64,000 bases of DNA from an uncultured Acidobacteriota bacterium (lineage in GTDB: Bacteria > Acidobacteriota > Vicinamibacteria > Vicinamibacterales > Fen-181). Below are positions 11,336 through 21,739 of this stretch, piece by piece. Under the pieces are notes generated by a model, which was not told where the DNA came from, ran no database searches, and worked only from the letters and a program-made list of their open reading frames with translations. A program made the translations under genes and the position numbers. The DNA lies in contig OY969603.1 in the NCBI GenBank assembly GCA_963701315.1, positions 2,571,537 through 2,635,536 on the forward strand, in the 5' to 3' direction. Within the stretch, counting starts at the first letter, position 1. Each line of letters opens with the position of its first letter.

Positions 11336-11401
11336 GCGGCGTGCGGTGGAGCATCCTTGCGCGCGCCCACACTGCCGGGGTGGCGCGGCTGGGAGGTACT
11401 G

Positions 11402-12163
11402 GTGCAGCACGACGATCCCTACTCTCGCGTCGACTATCGACGGCTCATCGCCTGGCCCGAACGGATCGAGCGCGAGTGGCCGTTCCTCCGGCACGTCCTC
11501 GGAAACGGGGGCCGAGTGCTCAATCTGGGATGCGGCACGGGCGAACACAGTCGCTTCCTGGCGTCGAAGGGGTTCGATGTGATCGGCGTCGACGCCTCGA
11601 CGGCGATGATTGAGAAGGCCACCGATTCGCCGGTGCCCTCGAACCTGAGGTTCATCCAGGGCGACATCGCCGAGGTGGACCGGCTCGTCACGGAGCCCTG
11701 CGACGGGGCAATCTGCTTGGGCAACACGCTGCCCCACCTCACCAATTCGGCGACGATGTCGACCCTGCTGCGCGGCTTGCGCAGGCGCCTTCGCGCCGGC
11801 GCACCCTTCCTCCTCCAGGTCCTCAACTACGACCGGATCCTCGATCAGGGTCAGCGTGCCCTCCCGGTGAACCTCAGGCGGGGCGAAGGGCCCGGGGAGG
11901 AGATCGTCTTCCTCAGGCTGATGACGCCGCACGCGGACGGCTCGGTGATCTTCACGCCGTCCACGCTCCGGTACCGTCCGGACGGCGACCCGCCCCTCGA
12001 GGTCGTCTCGGCGCGCAACGTCGCGCTCCGCGGCTGGCGACGGGCCGAGTTGGACTCCGGGCTTGACGCTGCCGGCTTCACCGATCGGCAGCTGTACGGC
12101 ACGGTCGGCGAGCTGCCGTACAGCGCCACGCAGTCCAGCGATCTCGTGATCGTCGCGCGGTAG
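11402..12163 (+). CDS. Class I SAM-dependent methyltransferase
   Basis: The motif I sequence VLNLGCGTGEHSRFLASKGFDVIGVDAS is present. The GTG start at 11402 is preferred because GGGAGG lies 5 nt upstream. The track ORF begins at 11303, where it reads through the DUF4386 tail. Confidence 0.85.
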   Translation: MQHDDPYSRVDYRRLIAWPERIEREWPFLRHVLGNGGRVLNLGCGTGEHSRFLASKGFDVIGVDASTAMIEKATDSPVPSNLRFIQGDIAEVDRLVTEPCDGAICLGNTLPHLTNSATMSTLLRGLRRRLRAGAPFLLQVLNYDRILDQGQRALPVNLRRGEGPGEEIVFLRLMTPHADGSVIFTPSTLRYRPDGDPPLEVVSARNVALRGWRRAELDSGLDAAGFTDRQLYGTVGELPYSATQSSDLVIVAR

Positions 12164-12222
12164 GCGTGCGGTGCAGGTAGCGGCGGGCAGGTGCCGGAAG
12201 GAGGAATCCGCACGGGCTGGGG

Positions 12223-14079
12223 CTACCCGGCGGCGTTGACGCTCTCCCAGGGCTTGGGCCGCTCGCGGGCGGGCAGAACGCGCTTCCGCAGCCGGATCCC
12301 TCGGGGTGTGACCTCCACCAGTTCGTCGTCCTTGATGAACTCGATAGCCTGCTCGAGGCCGAGGACCCGCGGCGGCACCAGGCGGATCGCCTCGTCGGCG
12401 GTGGATGCCCGCATGTTGGTCTGTTTCTTCTCCTTCGTGACGTTCACGTCGAGGTCGTTGGGACGGGCGTTCTCCCCGACGATCATCCCCTCGTAGACCG
12501 TCGTCCCGGGCGCGATGAAGATCGCCCCCCGCTCCTGCAGGTTGAAGATCGCGTACGCCGTCGCCGAACCCGCCCGATCCGCCACCAGCGCCCCGGTCGT
12601 CCGGCTCGGGATAGGGCCGTGCCAGTGCTCCCACCCGGCGAACAGGTGGTTCATGATGCCGGTGCCTTTCGTGTCGGTCAGGAACTGCGAGCGGAGACCG
12701 ATCAGGCCGCGCGTCGGAATGCGAAACTCCAGGCGGACGCGGCCGCTGCCGTGGTTCACCATCTTCGTCATGACGCCGCGCCGCGACCCGATCTGCGCGA
12801 TCGCCACGCCCTGGAACTCCTCGGGCACATCGATCACGAGGTCCTCGACGGGTTCCACGGTGCGGCCCTCGATCTCCCGCGTGACGATCTCCGGGCGGGA
12901 CACTTCGAGCTCGTAGCCCTCGCGCCGCATCATCTCGATCAGAATCGAGAGCTGGAGCTCCCCGCGGCCCACGACCTTGATCCGTTCCGGCGACTCGGTG
13001 TCCTCGACGCGGATCGAGACGTTGCCCAGCAGCTCCTTCGCGAGCCGGTCCCGCAGGTTGCGCGAGGTCACGTACTGGCCCTCGCGCCCCGCCACCGGCG
13101 AGGTGTTCACGCCGAAGATCATCGAGACGGTGGGCTCGTCCACGGCGATCGGGGGAATCGCCTCCTGGTGCTCCACGTCGGCGATGGTCTCGCCGATGGT
13201 GATGTCCTCGATGCCGGCCAGGCAGATGATGTCGCCGGCCGCCGCCGCCTCGATGTCGACGCGCCGCAGGCCGTCGAACGCGAACAACTTGGTGACCCGC
13301 GTCGGGCGCACGCTGCCGTCGAGTTTGCAGACCGCCACGAGGTCGTCGATGCGGACCCGGCCGTTGAACACGCGCCCGATGGCGATTCGCCCCAGGTAGT
13401 CGTTCGAATCGAGGTTGGCGACCAGCACCTGGAGCGGCGCGTCGGCGTCCCCCCGCGGCGGCGGCACGTGCTGCACGATGGCGTCGAACAACGGGCGCAG
13501 ATCCGGCCCCTGCGCGGCCGGATCGGTGCTGGCGGTCCCCAATCGGGCGTTCGTGTAGAGCACCGGGAACTCCAGCAGGTCCTCCGGGGCGTCGAGGTCG
13601 ATGAACAGATCGTAGACCTCGTTGAGCACCTGCTGCGACCGGGCGTCCTTTCGGTCGATCTTGTTGATCACGACGATGGGCGGGAGGCGCCGCTCGAGCG
13701 CCTTGCGGAGCACGAAGCGCGTCTGCGGGAGCGGACCCTCCGACGCGTCGACGAGCAGCAGGACGCCGTCGACCATCGACAGCGTGCGCTCGACTTCACC
13801 GCCGAAGTCCGCGTGGCCTGGGGTGTCCACGATGTTGATCAGGTAGTCGTGGTAGTGGACCGCGGTGTTCTTCGCCAGGATGGTGATGCCGCGCTCCCGC
13901 TCGAGGTCGGTGTTGTCCATCACCCGCTCGGCCACCCGCTCATTGGCCCGGAATACACCCGACTGGCGCAACATTCCGTCGACCAGCGTCGTCTTCCCGT
14001 GATCGACGTGCGCGATGATCGCGACATTGCGACACCGCGGGTTGGCAATCGTAGACGGGCCCTTTCGGTGCATCGGCAT
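12223..14079 (-). CDS. typA: Translational GTPase TypA/BipA
   Basis: The G-domain motif [18 protein letters not shown] and full-length similarity to BipA are evident. The start is set at MPMHRKG (14079) rather than at the ORF maximum (14268). Confidence 0.95.
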   Translation of the reverse strand: MPMHRKGPSTIANPRCRNVAIIAHVDHGKTTLVDGMLRQSGVFRANERVAERVMDNTDLERERGITILAKNTAVHYHDYLINIVDTPGHADFGGEVERTLSMVDGVLLLVDASEGPLPQTRFVLRKALERRLPPIVVINKIDRKDARSQQVLNEVYDLFIDLDAPEDLLEFPVLYTNARLGTASTDPAAQGPDLRPLFDAIVQHVPPPRGDADAPLQVLVANLDSNDYLGRIAIGRVFNGRVRIDDLVAVCKLDGSVRPTRVTKLFAFDGLRRVDIEAAAAGDIICLAGIEDITIGETIADVEHQEAIPPIAVDEPTVSMIFGVNTSPVAGREGQYVTSRNLRDRLAKELLGNVSIRVEDTESPERIKVVGRGELQLSILIEMMRREGYELEVSRPEIVTREIEGRTVEPVEDLVIDVPEEFQGVAIAQIGSRRGVMTKMVNHGSGRVRLEFRIPTRGLIGLRSQFLTDTKGTGIMNHLFAGWEHWHGPIPSRTTGALVADRAGSATAYAIFNLQERGAIFIAPGTTVYEGMIVGENARPNDLDVNVTKEKKQTNMRASTADEAIRLVPPRVLGLEQAIEFIKDDELVEVTPRGIRLRKRVLPARERPKPWESVNAAG

Positions 14080-14215
14080 CCGCCCAGTATACCAGCCGGG
14101 ACGGATGCTACGCCGCGCGCCGATCGGCAGCCGCTCGGGAAAGGAGGGCGAACGGGCTAGAATTGTGTGCGCGCGGGGCCCCCGCCACAGCGTGCCGCAC
14201 TCGCAGGAGGCCACC

Positions 14216-15002
14216 ATGGAGCAGCGCTCCCTTGGACAGACCGGCTTGACGGTAGGACGGCTCGGCATCTCCGCCAGCTACGGCGTGCCGGCCGGGGAGG
14301 TGGAACGGGCCGTCGAGGCCGGGATGACCTACCTCTACTACGGTTCGCTCCGCCGCCGGGGATTCACCGAGGCGATCCGGCACCTCGCTCCGCGGCGGTC
14401 CTCCTTCACGCTCGTCGTCCAGTCTGTACTCGCCGTTCGGATGGGGAGTCGTCCGGAGTCTCGAGCGGGCGCTCCGGTCGCTCAGGCTCGACCACGCCGA
14501 CGTGTTGCTGCTGGGGATGTGGAACCGGCAGCCGCCGGCGCGGGTGATGGACGCGTGCGCGGCGCTCAAGGCTCGTGGCCTCACCCGGTTCGTCGCGCTG
14601 TCCACCCACCGGCGCGCGCTCGTACCGGAGCTGGCCGCGAAGCGTGCGGGCATCGACATCTTCCATGTCCGCTACAACGCGGCTCACCGTGGCGCCGAGA
14701 CCGACGTGTTCGCGCGCCTTCCCGTCCAGCAGCGCCCGGGTATCGTCTCGTTCACCGCCACGTGCTGGGGCCGGCTCCTTGAGCCCCGGCGCACTCCCCC
14801 TGGCGACAGAACGCCCACCGCCGCGGACTGCTACCGGTTCGTGTTGACGAATCCCGCCGTCGACGTCTGCATGACCGGTCCGGCCTCTCGCACGCACGTG
14901 GAAGCCGCGCTGGAGGCGGCCCGCCTGGGCCCTCTGCCCCCAGTCGAGCTGGCCTGGATGCGACGGGTCGGTGACGCCGTTCACGGCGCGGCCCGCCGCT
15001 GA
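14216..15002 (+). CDS. Aldo/keto reductase; reading frame broken once
   Basis: [23 protein letters not shown]... continues as ...[22 protein letters not shown]...FVALSTH...[17 protein letters not shown] after a +1 shift beside GTAC at 14426-14429. The length is 3n+1. Confidence 0.75.
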
Positions 15003-15073
15003 CCGCCCCCTCGGCTTCAGTCGGCCGGGCCTGCTGCCGATTACCTGCTACGGAAGGGAATCGTCGGAACGAG

Positions 15074-16313
15074 ATGCCGTCCACCCCGTCATCCGTCGCG
15101 GATATCTTCGTCGCCCGGCAGCCGATCTTCGACGCCCGGCAAAGGGTCTTCGCCTACCAGCTGCTCTTCCGATCGGGCTCGGAGAGCCACTTCGCGTCCG
15201 GACAGAGCCCAGACGCGTCCGCGTCCCATGTGATCAGCAACGGCATCGTCGTGGGACTGGGCAATCTGACCGACCGGAAGCCCGCCTTCATCAACTTCTC
15301 CCGCGAGCCGCTACTCTGCGACCTCCCCCTCGCGCTCCCCCCCAAACAGGTCGTGGTGGAGGTCGTGGAGTCGGTCGAAGCGGAAGACGCGGTGGTGGCG
15401 GCCTGCCGGAAGCTGAAGGCGGCCGGCTACCGGCTGGCATTGAATCACCACCCCGACGGGCTCAACCGCCAACCGCTGGTCGATCTCGCCGATTTCCTGA
15501 AGGTGGACGTCTCCAAGGTGAACTCCGCCGAACGCGCTGCGATCGCGGGCAGGTACCGCGACAGCCTGCACCGAACCGTCGCCGGGCACGTGGAGACCCG
15601 AGAGGCGATGGCCGAAGCGGCGGCCCAGGGGTTCCACTTGTTCCAGGGCTACTACTTCAGCCAGCCATCCGCAGCCGCGAAGTCCATCCCCGGGTTCCGC
15701 CTCAACTACCTCAGGCTCCTGCGGGAGCTGAACCGCCCGGAGGTGGACCTCCGGCGCCTGGAGGCCGTCATCAAGCAGGAGGCCTCCATCACATTCCGCC
15801 TGCTGCGGCGCGTGAACTCGGCGGCGTACGGCTTTCGCCTCGAGACCTCGGCGCTCCAGCACGCCCTGGTGCTGCTCGGCGAACGCGAGATCCGGTTGTG
15901 CGCCACGGTCTGGGCACTCGCCGACCTCTCGCGCGACCTGCCGTCGGAACTGGTCGTGGCCTCGACGCTGCGGGCGCGGCTCTGCGAGCTGCTCGCCGCC
16001 GAGGCGCAGCTGAGCGACCGCGCCGTGGACGTGTTCTTGCTGGGGATGTTCTCGATGCTCGACGCCATCCTCGAACAGCCCTTGGCGCAGATCGTCCCGA
16101 CGCTGCCGCTCGCCTCAGACGTGGGCGAGGCGTTGCTGGGCGCATCGAACCGTCTGCGAGCACTGCTCGACTGCGTCGTCGCGTACCGAGCGGGGGGTGT
16201 GGGATCAGGTCCGCGTGTTGGCCGAGCGCGCCGGCGTGCTCGAACACAGCATCCCGACCCACTACCTCGAGGCCGTCGAATGGACGCGGGAGATCTTCCA
16301 GGGGGCTGCGTAA
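15074..16313 (+). CDS. EAL-HDOD protein with a degenerate EAL domain; reading frame broken once near the 3' end
   Basis: It aligns along its full length with the downstream paralog. Catalytic motifs are changed: YQLLFR instead of YELLFR, LNHHPDG instead of LDDFSAQ, and GHVE instead of EKVE. After removing one base following GTAC at 16183-16186, the tail reads AYERGVWDQV...EIFQGAA and ends at TAA 16311-16313. The unedited frame runs into the next gene. Confidence 0.8.
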
Positions 16314-16438
16314 GCACGCCTCCGCCGCCGCTCCAGGAACAGCCCCGTGCACGGGGTCCCGGGTCGGCCCGCGGCCTTCGCAGGAAGGTCGTCGGCGGAA
16401 GGCGCCTGCCCCCGGCACCGGCCGTCCCCGATAAGGAA

Positions 16439-17674
16439 ATGAGCACCGTGCCGACGAACGGGATCGACATCTTCGTGGCGCGGCAGCCGATCTTCGACGC
16501 CCGGCTGCGAGTCATCGGGTACGAGTTGCTGTTCCGATCGGGCATGGACAACTTCTGCGCCGGCGTCAGCCCGGATGTGGCCACGTCCCACGTGATCAAC
16601 AACGGGATGACGATCGGCCTCGCCAGCCTCACCGACGGCAAGCCGGCCTTCCTCAACTTCTCGCGCACGGCGCTGGTCAACGATTTCGCCTTCGTCATGC
16701 CGCCCCGGGAGGTCGTTATCGAGATCCTCGAGACCGTCGAGCCCGACGACCAGGTCCTGGCAGCCTGCGATCGGCTGAAGGCGGCCGGCTACCGCGTGGC
16801 CCTCGATGATTTCAGCGCTCAACCCGGCTACGACCGCCTCGTGGCGATAGCCGACGTCATCAAGGTGGACATCCTCGCCACGCCATCCGGCATGTGGGCG
16901 GGCATCGTGCAGCGCTACGCGACGGACCGGTGTCACCTCCTGGCGGAGAAGGTGGAAACCCGCGACGTGTTCGCCGAGACCGCCGGCCAGGGCTACCGGT
17001 ACTTCCAGGGCTACTTCTTCAGTCGTCCCGTCATCATGGCGTCCAAGACGGTGCCCGGCTACCGCCTGAACTACCTGCGCCTGCTCCGCGAGCTGAACCG
17101 GCCCGATGTCGACCTTCGGCGTCTCGAGGAGGTCATCAAACAGGACGCCTCACTCGCCTTGCGGATCCTGCGGCGGGTCAATTCCGTGGCCTACGGCTTC
17201 CGGGTCACCACCTCGGCGCTGAGCCACGCCCTTGTCTTGCTGGGCGAGCGGGAGATCCGCGTGTGCGCGACGGTGTGGAGTCTGGCCGAGCTGGCGCGCG
17301 GCCTGCCGTCAGAGCTCATCGTGTCGTCGACGCTCCGCGCGCGACTCTGCGAACTGCTCGCCCGCCCAGCCGGGCACGCCGACCGCGCCTCCGACCTGTT
17401 CCTGGTGGGACTGTTCTCGATGCTCGACACGATCCTGGAGCAGCCGATGGACCAGATCGTCGGCTCGCTGCCCCTGGCCGACGATGTCCGCGAGGCGCTG
17501 CTCGGCGGGCAGAACCCCTTGCGCGCGATCATGGACTGCGTCGTGGCGTACGAGCGCGGTGAGTGGGACCAGGTGCCCGCGCTGACCTGCGCAGCGCACC
17601 TCGACGAGTCGGTTCTCTCGCGCTGTTATCCCGAGGCCATCGCCTGGGCGCGTGGCGTGTTCGAACTGTCCTGA
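16439..17674 (+). CDS. EAL-HDOD protein with canonical EAL motifs (putative c-di-GMP phosphodiesterase)
   Basis: MSTVPTNGIDIFVARQPIFD...GYELLFRSG...FLNFSR...EILE...LDDF...KVD...EKVE...FQGY is followed by an HDOD region (RILRRVNSVAYG). Confidence 0.85.
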   Translation: MSTVPTNGIDIFVARQPIFDARLRVIGYELLFRSGMDNFCAGVSPDVATSHVINNGMTIGLASLTDGKPAFLNFSRTALVNDFAFVMPPREVVIEILETVEPDDQVLAACDRLKAAGYRVALDDFSAQPGYDRLVAIADVIKVDILATPSGMWAGIVQRYATDRCHLLAEKVETRDVFAETAGQGYRYFQGYFFSRPVIMASKTVPGYRLNYLRLLRELNRPDVDLRRLEEVIKQDASLALRILRRVNSVAYGFRVTTSALSHALVLLGEREIRVCATVWSLAELARGLPSELIVSSTLRARLCELLARPAGHADRASDLFLVGLFSMLDTILEQPMDQIVGSLPLADDVREALLGGQNPLRAIMDCVVAYERGEWDQVPALTCAAHLDESVLSRCYPEAIAWARGVFELS

Positions 17675-19107
17675 CGGTCGACGAGCGCCGTCAAGTGGTG
17701 CTCGGCGACCGAGAGGTCCCGTTCGAGGTTGCCTACCCCCTCGAACAATCCAATCGCCGAGTCTGCCGGGTTTGTCTGCAGCGCGGCCCCAGCCACCTGC
17801 TCGACGCTCGTGCCGATGGCCGCGAGACGGACCGACAGCGGCGGATGGGTGTCGAACGGGTGGGGCGCGCACAGCGCCCCCAGGCCTGCCAGGCGCGAGG
17901 GTTCGCGATCCGCCCGAACGGTCTCGGCAAACACCTCGCTCGCATTGGCGTACTGGCTTCCCGTGTCCACCGCCGTGGTCATGCCCAACAGCACCGTCTG
18001 CCACGCCGGCGCAAATGCGTGCGCCTTCACGAGCGCCGCCCCGTAGACCGCGGCCCCTTCGAGTGCCGCCGCAGCACGGTCCGCGGACAGTTCGGAGGAC
18101 GCCATGTCCTGCACGTCGGCGCGGAACTGGTCCGTGACGAAGGCAATCGGAACCAGTGCCGGCAGGATCACCAGCGCGGCCATCCCGTGCGCCCTGCCGC
18201 GGAACGTCTCGATCGCGGTGAGCGCTCCGCGCTCGAACGGCAAGGCCCCCCGTGCCCCGCCGCCGTCGAAATGCCTCAGTTCGTGGGCCACCAGCGTCGA
18301 GAACTCGCGCTCCGTCAGGATGCGGCACATCGCGAGCGACACGTAGAGCGTTCGGCCATGAAAGGTGCCGTCGAGGCAGGAGAAGGGTGCCGAGGTGAGG
18401 AACTCGCCCGGCGTCAGGCCGGCCACCACGCGGTCCGGCGGTTTCACCCCCACCCGATCGGCCAAGTGCAGGAGCAGGGGTGCCAGCCGCGGCTGCGCGG
18501 CGAGGTCGAGCGAGCGACCCACCACGCTCACCGACGAGGTCCGATTGACCCCGACCGCCACGCTCCCGACACCTATGACCCACACCAAAGCCCCGAGGGC
18601 GGCCGCAAGGGTCAGCGAGGTCGGCCACCATCCGACGACCTGCCCGGCCAGACTGAATCCGACCACCGCCAGCACGGCGTGCGCCAGGGCGAGGACGACC
18701 GCGCATCCGGAAACCGCGATCAGGGCCGGACGGAACGCCCGGGCACGCAACCGACTCGACAAACGCACCAGCCAGCCGGCGCCGCCGGCCAGCCCCAGGA
18801 CCATGAGCCCGACGCCGGCGACGATCGCCGAACCCGCACTGGCCTGGGAAGCCAGGTTGTAGGGGCGGCACGGCCCGATCTGGCGCCCGGCCCGCGGGTC
18901 GCTGCACAGGACGGACAGCGAGAAGCGGCGCATGAAGGGGGCGGTGGGCCGCTGACCCTGGGCGACCAGTTGCCGGGCCAGCAGGACCGTCCACCGCCCC
19001 TCCCACTGCGTCCGCCCGTACGCCGCCAGAGCGGAGACGACCACCGGCACGGCCAGCAGGAGCACCAGGGGCTTGAACACACTGCGCATCAGTGACACCC
19101 GGCTCAC
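17626..19107 (-). CDS. M48 family membrane metallopeptidase
   Basis: The HEXXH motif sits in TLVAHELRHF, and several hydrophobic segments are present. The 3' end overlaps the convergent EAL-HDOD gene by 49 nt. Confidence 0.8.
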   Translation of the reverse strand: MSRVSLMRSVFKPLVLLLAVPVVVSALAAYGRTQWEGRWTVLLARQLVAQGQRPTAPFMRRFSLSVLCSDPRAGRQIGPCRPYNLASQASAGSAIVAGVGLMVLGLAGGAGWLVRLSSRLRARAFRPALIAVSGCAVVLALAHAVLAVVGFSLAGQVVGWWPTSLTLAAALGALVWVIGVGSVAVGVNRTSSVSVVGRSLDLAAQPRLAPLLLHLADRVGVKPPDRVVAGLTPGEFLTSAPFSCLDGTFHGRTLYVSLAMCRILTEREFSTLVAHELRHFDGGGARGALPFERGALTAIETFRGRAHGMAALVILPALVPIAFVTDQFRADVQDMASSELSADRAAAALEGAAVYGAALVKAHAFAPAWQTVLLGMTTAVDTGSQYANASEVFAETVRADREPSRLAGLGALCAPHPFDTHPPLSVRLAAIGTSVEQVAGAALQTNPADSAIGLFEGVGNLERDLSVAEHHLTALVDRQDSSNTPRAQAMASG

Positions 19108-19167
19108 ACGAAAACGAGACCGCCCGACGGGAGTCGCACGAGCGAGGGCGCCCGACGGTTTGGGCCC

Positions 19168-20640
19168 TCAGTCGTCCCCGACCATTGTACCGCGCTCCCG
19201 GGATTCGTCGATCACCGCCAACAACCGGCGGCGGGTCTCCTGGACATGGCCCGCGGCGGTTCGCCCGATCCACTCGCGCCGCTCGGCCGCGAAGGTCGCC
19301 GGGTCCGTCGTGCCGCGTTCGCGCATCACCACGTCGACGACATCCGCGGCGGCCAGGGCCGGACACGCCGGCACGTGCACGTAGAGGGGCCGCGTCCCCG
19401 TCCAGGCCCGTCCCGTGCACGCCGCGCCCACGACCTGCGAGAGCACGGGTCGGCCGGCGTCGCCTGCCACGACACCGAGGAGCCAGGAGGCGCTTCCGGC
19501 GGCGGAGTACCGCGTCTGGACCAGCGCGGCCACGCTCCGGCGCGGGAGCCGGGTCACGCGCAATCTGTCGATGGCCGGGCTCTCCCCCAGCATTCCGCCC
19601 CACTCCGCCACCATCCCGTCCTGATCGTCCCAGGCGGGTGAGACCTCGAGCACGGCCGGCTCGGAAAGCGGTCGGCCCCTGGCCTCAGCCGCGACCGCCT
19701 CGACACAGATGTCGTAGCCTTGTCTGACAAGTCCCCAGTGGCTCAGGACCTGCGGCATCAGCTGCGGCGGCTGCTCGAGTCGGGCCGTGCGGACCAGGCG
19801 GGCGGAGACGGTCGGAAGCCACTCCGGCAGCGTCCAGTGGCGCACAGTTGCGACGGCTTGGCCCTCAGGTGCGGTGACGAGAGGGAAGACCCGACGCACT
19901 TCCACGATGCCGTGTTCGGCGGCGTGGCCTCCGGCTCGGGCCATCGTCGCCGCCACGATGCCGAACGACGCCGCGAGCGGGTCGTGCACCTCGGCCTCGA
20001 GCCAGGCGAGCAGAAACCGGGCCGTCATCGTCGTCAGCCCTCTGAACCCCTGGATCAACAGCGCAAGGGTCTGTCGGCCTTCCCCACCCAGCCGGCCCCA
20101 GGCTCCCGCGAGCAGCGGCTCAACGCGGTCGTCTCCGAGCTGCAGCAGACCGGCGATCAGGCCGGCCCGCGCCTCGTCGCCCGACGTCTGATCGGCCAGC
20201 GAGGCGACAAACGCGGGGCCGGTAAGCGCGTTGTCTCTCTCGAGCGGCCGAAGCACCGCCATCTCCATGGCCGCCGTGGCGACAACGGACGGGTCCGGAT
20301 CGGTGAGCAGGAACGGCAGCAGGCCCGGCGTGCACCCGGCGCCCTCGTGAACCTGGCGGCGGCGGTGGAGCTGTTCGATGGCGCGGCCCACGCCGACGAC
20401 GATTTGCAGGCGGTGGGCTGGGACGAGCTGTTCGGCGGCCACCCGTGCGAGAGCCATCAGGCGAGCCGACGCCGCCCCACGCGCTCCGGCCGCAACCGAC
20501 AGGCATTGGTAGCGGTACAGCTGGCCGAGCAGGGCGGACTCAAGGCGCGCCCACCGCGGCGGGTCGGCCAGCAGCGCCTCGAGGTCGTCGACCGACGGAT
20601 CGGCCGGATTCGGCGATGGAAGCCGGACGTCGTCGCCCAC
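19168..20640 (-). CDS. Hypothetical protein (about 490 aa, helical-repeat-like)
   Basis: This is a long ORF on the same strand, sitting between the aminopeptidase and M48 genes. The start is placed at GTG 20640, just after the upstream gene's stop at 20673. I recognise no family. Confidence 0.5.
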   Translation of the reverse strand: MGDDVRLPSPNPADPSVDDLEALLADPPRWARLESALLGQLYRYQCLSVAAGARGAASARLMALARVAAEQLVPAHRLQIVVGVGRAIEQLHRRRQVHEGAGCTPGLLPFLLTDPDPSVVATAAMEMAVLRPLERDNALTGPAFVASLADQTSGDEARAGLIAGLLQLGDDRVEPLLAGAWGRLGGEGRQTLALLIQGFRGLTTMTARFLLAWLEAEVHDPLAASFGIVAATMARAGGHAAEHGIVEVRRVFPLVTAPEGQAVATVRHWTLPEWLPTVSARLVRTARLEQPPQLMPQVLSHWGLVRQGYDICVEAVAAEARGRPLSEPAVLEVSPAWDDQDGMVAEWGGMLGESPAIDRLRVTRLPRRSVAALVQTRYSAAGSASWLLGVVAGDAGRPVLSQVVGAACTGRAWTGTRPLYVHVPACPALAAADVVDVVMRERGTTDPATFAAERREWIGRTAAGHVQETRRRLLAVIDESRERGTMVGDD

Positions 20641-20672
20641 GGGGCCAGTGTCACCCTTTCGCCGCGGCGGGT

Positions 20673-21641
20673 TCAACTCACCTGGAGGACGCCGTCCTCC
20701 ATCACCTTCCTGCCATCGAACCACACGGTCGGGCGCTTGATGAGGCCGTCCAGATGGCTCGCGACGCGCACGGTGCCGCCCATCGACTTGTTGTCGCCGA
20801 ACGCGATGTGGACCGTGCCCAGGACCTTCTCGTCCTCGAGGATCACGCCGGTCAGGATGGCCCGATCGTTGGTACCGACTCCGAATTCCGCGACGACGCG
20901 CGCGTCCCGCCCGTGCGGGTCGATCAGCTCAATCAGTCGTCGTGCCTCGGCCCCCCCGGTAATCTCGGTGGCGTAGCCTCGCTCGACGACGACGCGCACC
21001 GGTTCGGAGACCATCCCGACGCCGGCGATCGACCCGTCCACCACCACCACGCCGTTCGACTGGCCCTCGAGCGGCGCGAGGTAGGCCTCGCCCGTCGGCA
21101 GGTTGCCCCACTGGCCCTTCTGGTGGAACAGGCCCGTGCTGGCGTGCGCGGTTCGGCCTTTGGAGGCCATGACGATGTCGGTCCCAGCCGGGGCCGTCAC
21201 CCGGATCTCGCTGGTCCGCCCCAGCAGGTCGCAGAGCAGGTGCGTGCGCGCCGCGATCCGGTGATAGTCGGCGTTCATGCACCGTACCATGATCGGCTCG
21301 GTCACCCCCGGCAGTGTGGCCACGCGGGCGCCGGCCGCGCTGGCGGCGCGCCTGGCGTCGGTGTGGGTGAGCGACCAGAACGTCGGACAGAGCACCACGT
21401 CCGCCTTCAGCATGAGGTCGGCCACCTCAGGCGGCGGCTCCTCGCCGTGGCTCCGCCTCGGCAGCATGTCCACCAGGAGCACCTCCAGGTCCAGGTCCTT
21501 CGCCGCACGTTGGAGGGCATACCCAATCGGACGGAGCGGCTCGTCGGTGACAATCAGCACCTGCTCGCCGGCGCGGGCACCCATGCAGTCGCGGACCGCG
21601 ATGGTGGCCGCAGACAGGAGCTCGGTCGATGGCGTGAACAT
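20673..21641 (-). CDS. Aminopeptidase, M29 (AmpS/PepS-like) family
   Basis: MFTPSTELL...GNLPTGEAY...GTNDRAILTGVILEDEKVLGTVHIAFGDN matches the thermophilic-metalloprotease M29 pattern. Only the 3' 969 nt of track ORF 20673..22328 is used. Confidence 0.8.
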   Translation of the reverse strand: MFTPSTELLSAATIAVRDCMGARAGEQVLIVTDEPLRPIGYALQRAAKDLDLEVLLVDMLPRRSHGEEPPPEVADLMLKADVVLCPTFWSLTHTDARRAASAAGARVATLPGVTEPIMVRCMNADYHRIAARTHLLCDLLGRTSEIRVTAPAGTDIVMASKGRTAHASTGLFHQKGQWGNLPTGEAYLAPLEGQSNGVVVVDGSIAGVGMVSEPVRVVVERGYATEITGGAEARRLIELIDPHGRDARVVAEFGVGTNDRAILTGVILEDEKVLGTVHIAFGDNKSMGGTVRVASHLDGLIKRPTVWFDGRKVMEDGVLQVS

Positions 21642-21739
21642 AGCGGCTCGGACGCCCCGGAGAACTACCAGTTGACGTCGCGGGCGCCCGGACCCCGGCC
21701 CGGCGACCGAGACCGGGGTCAGGCGGCTCCGCCCCCGCG

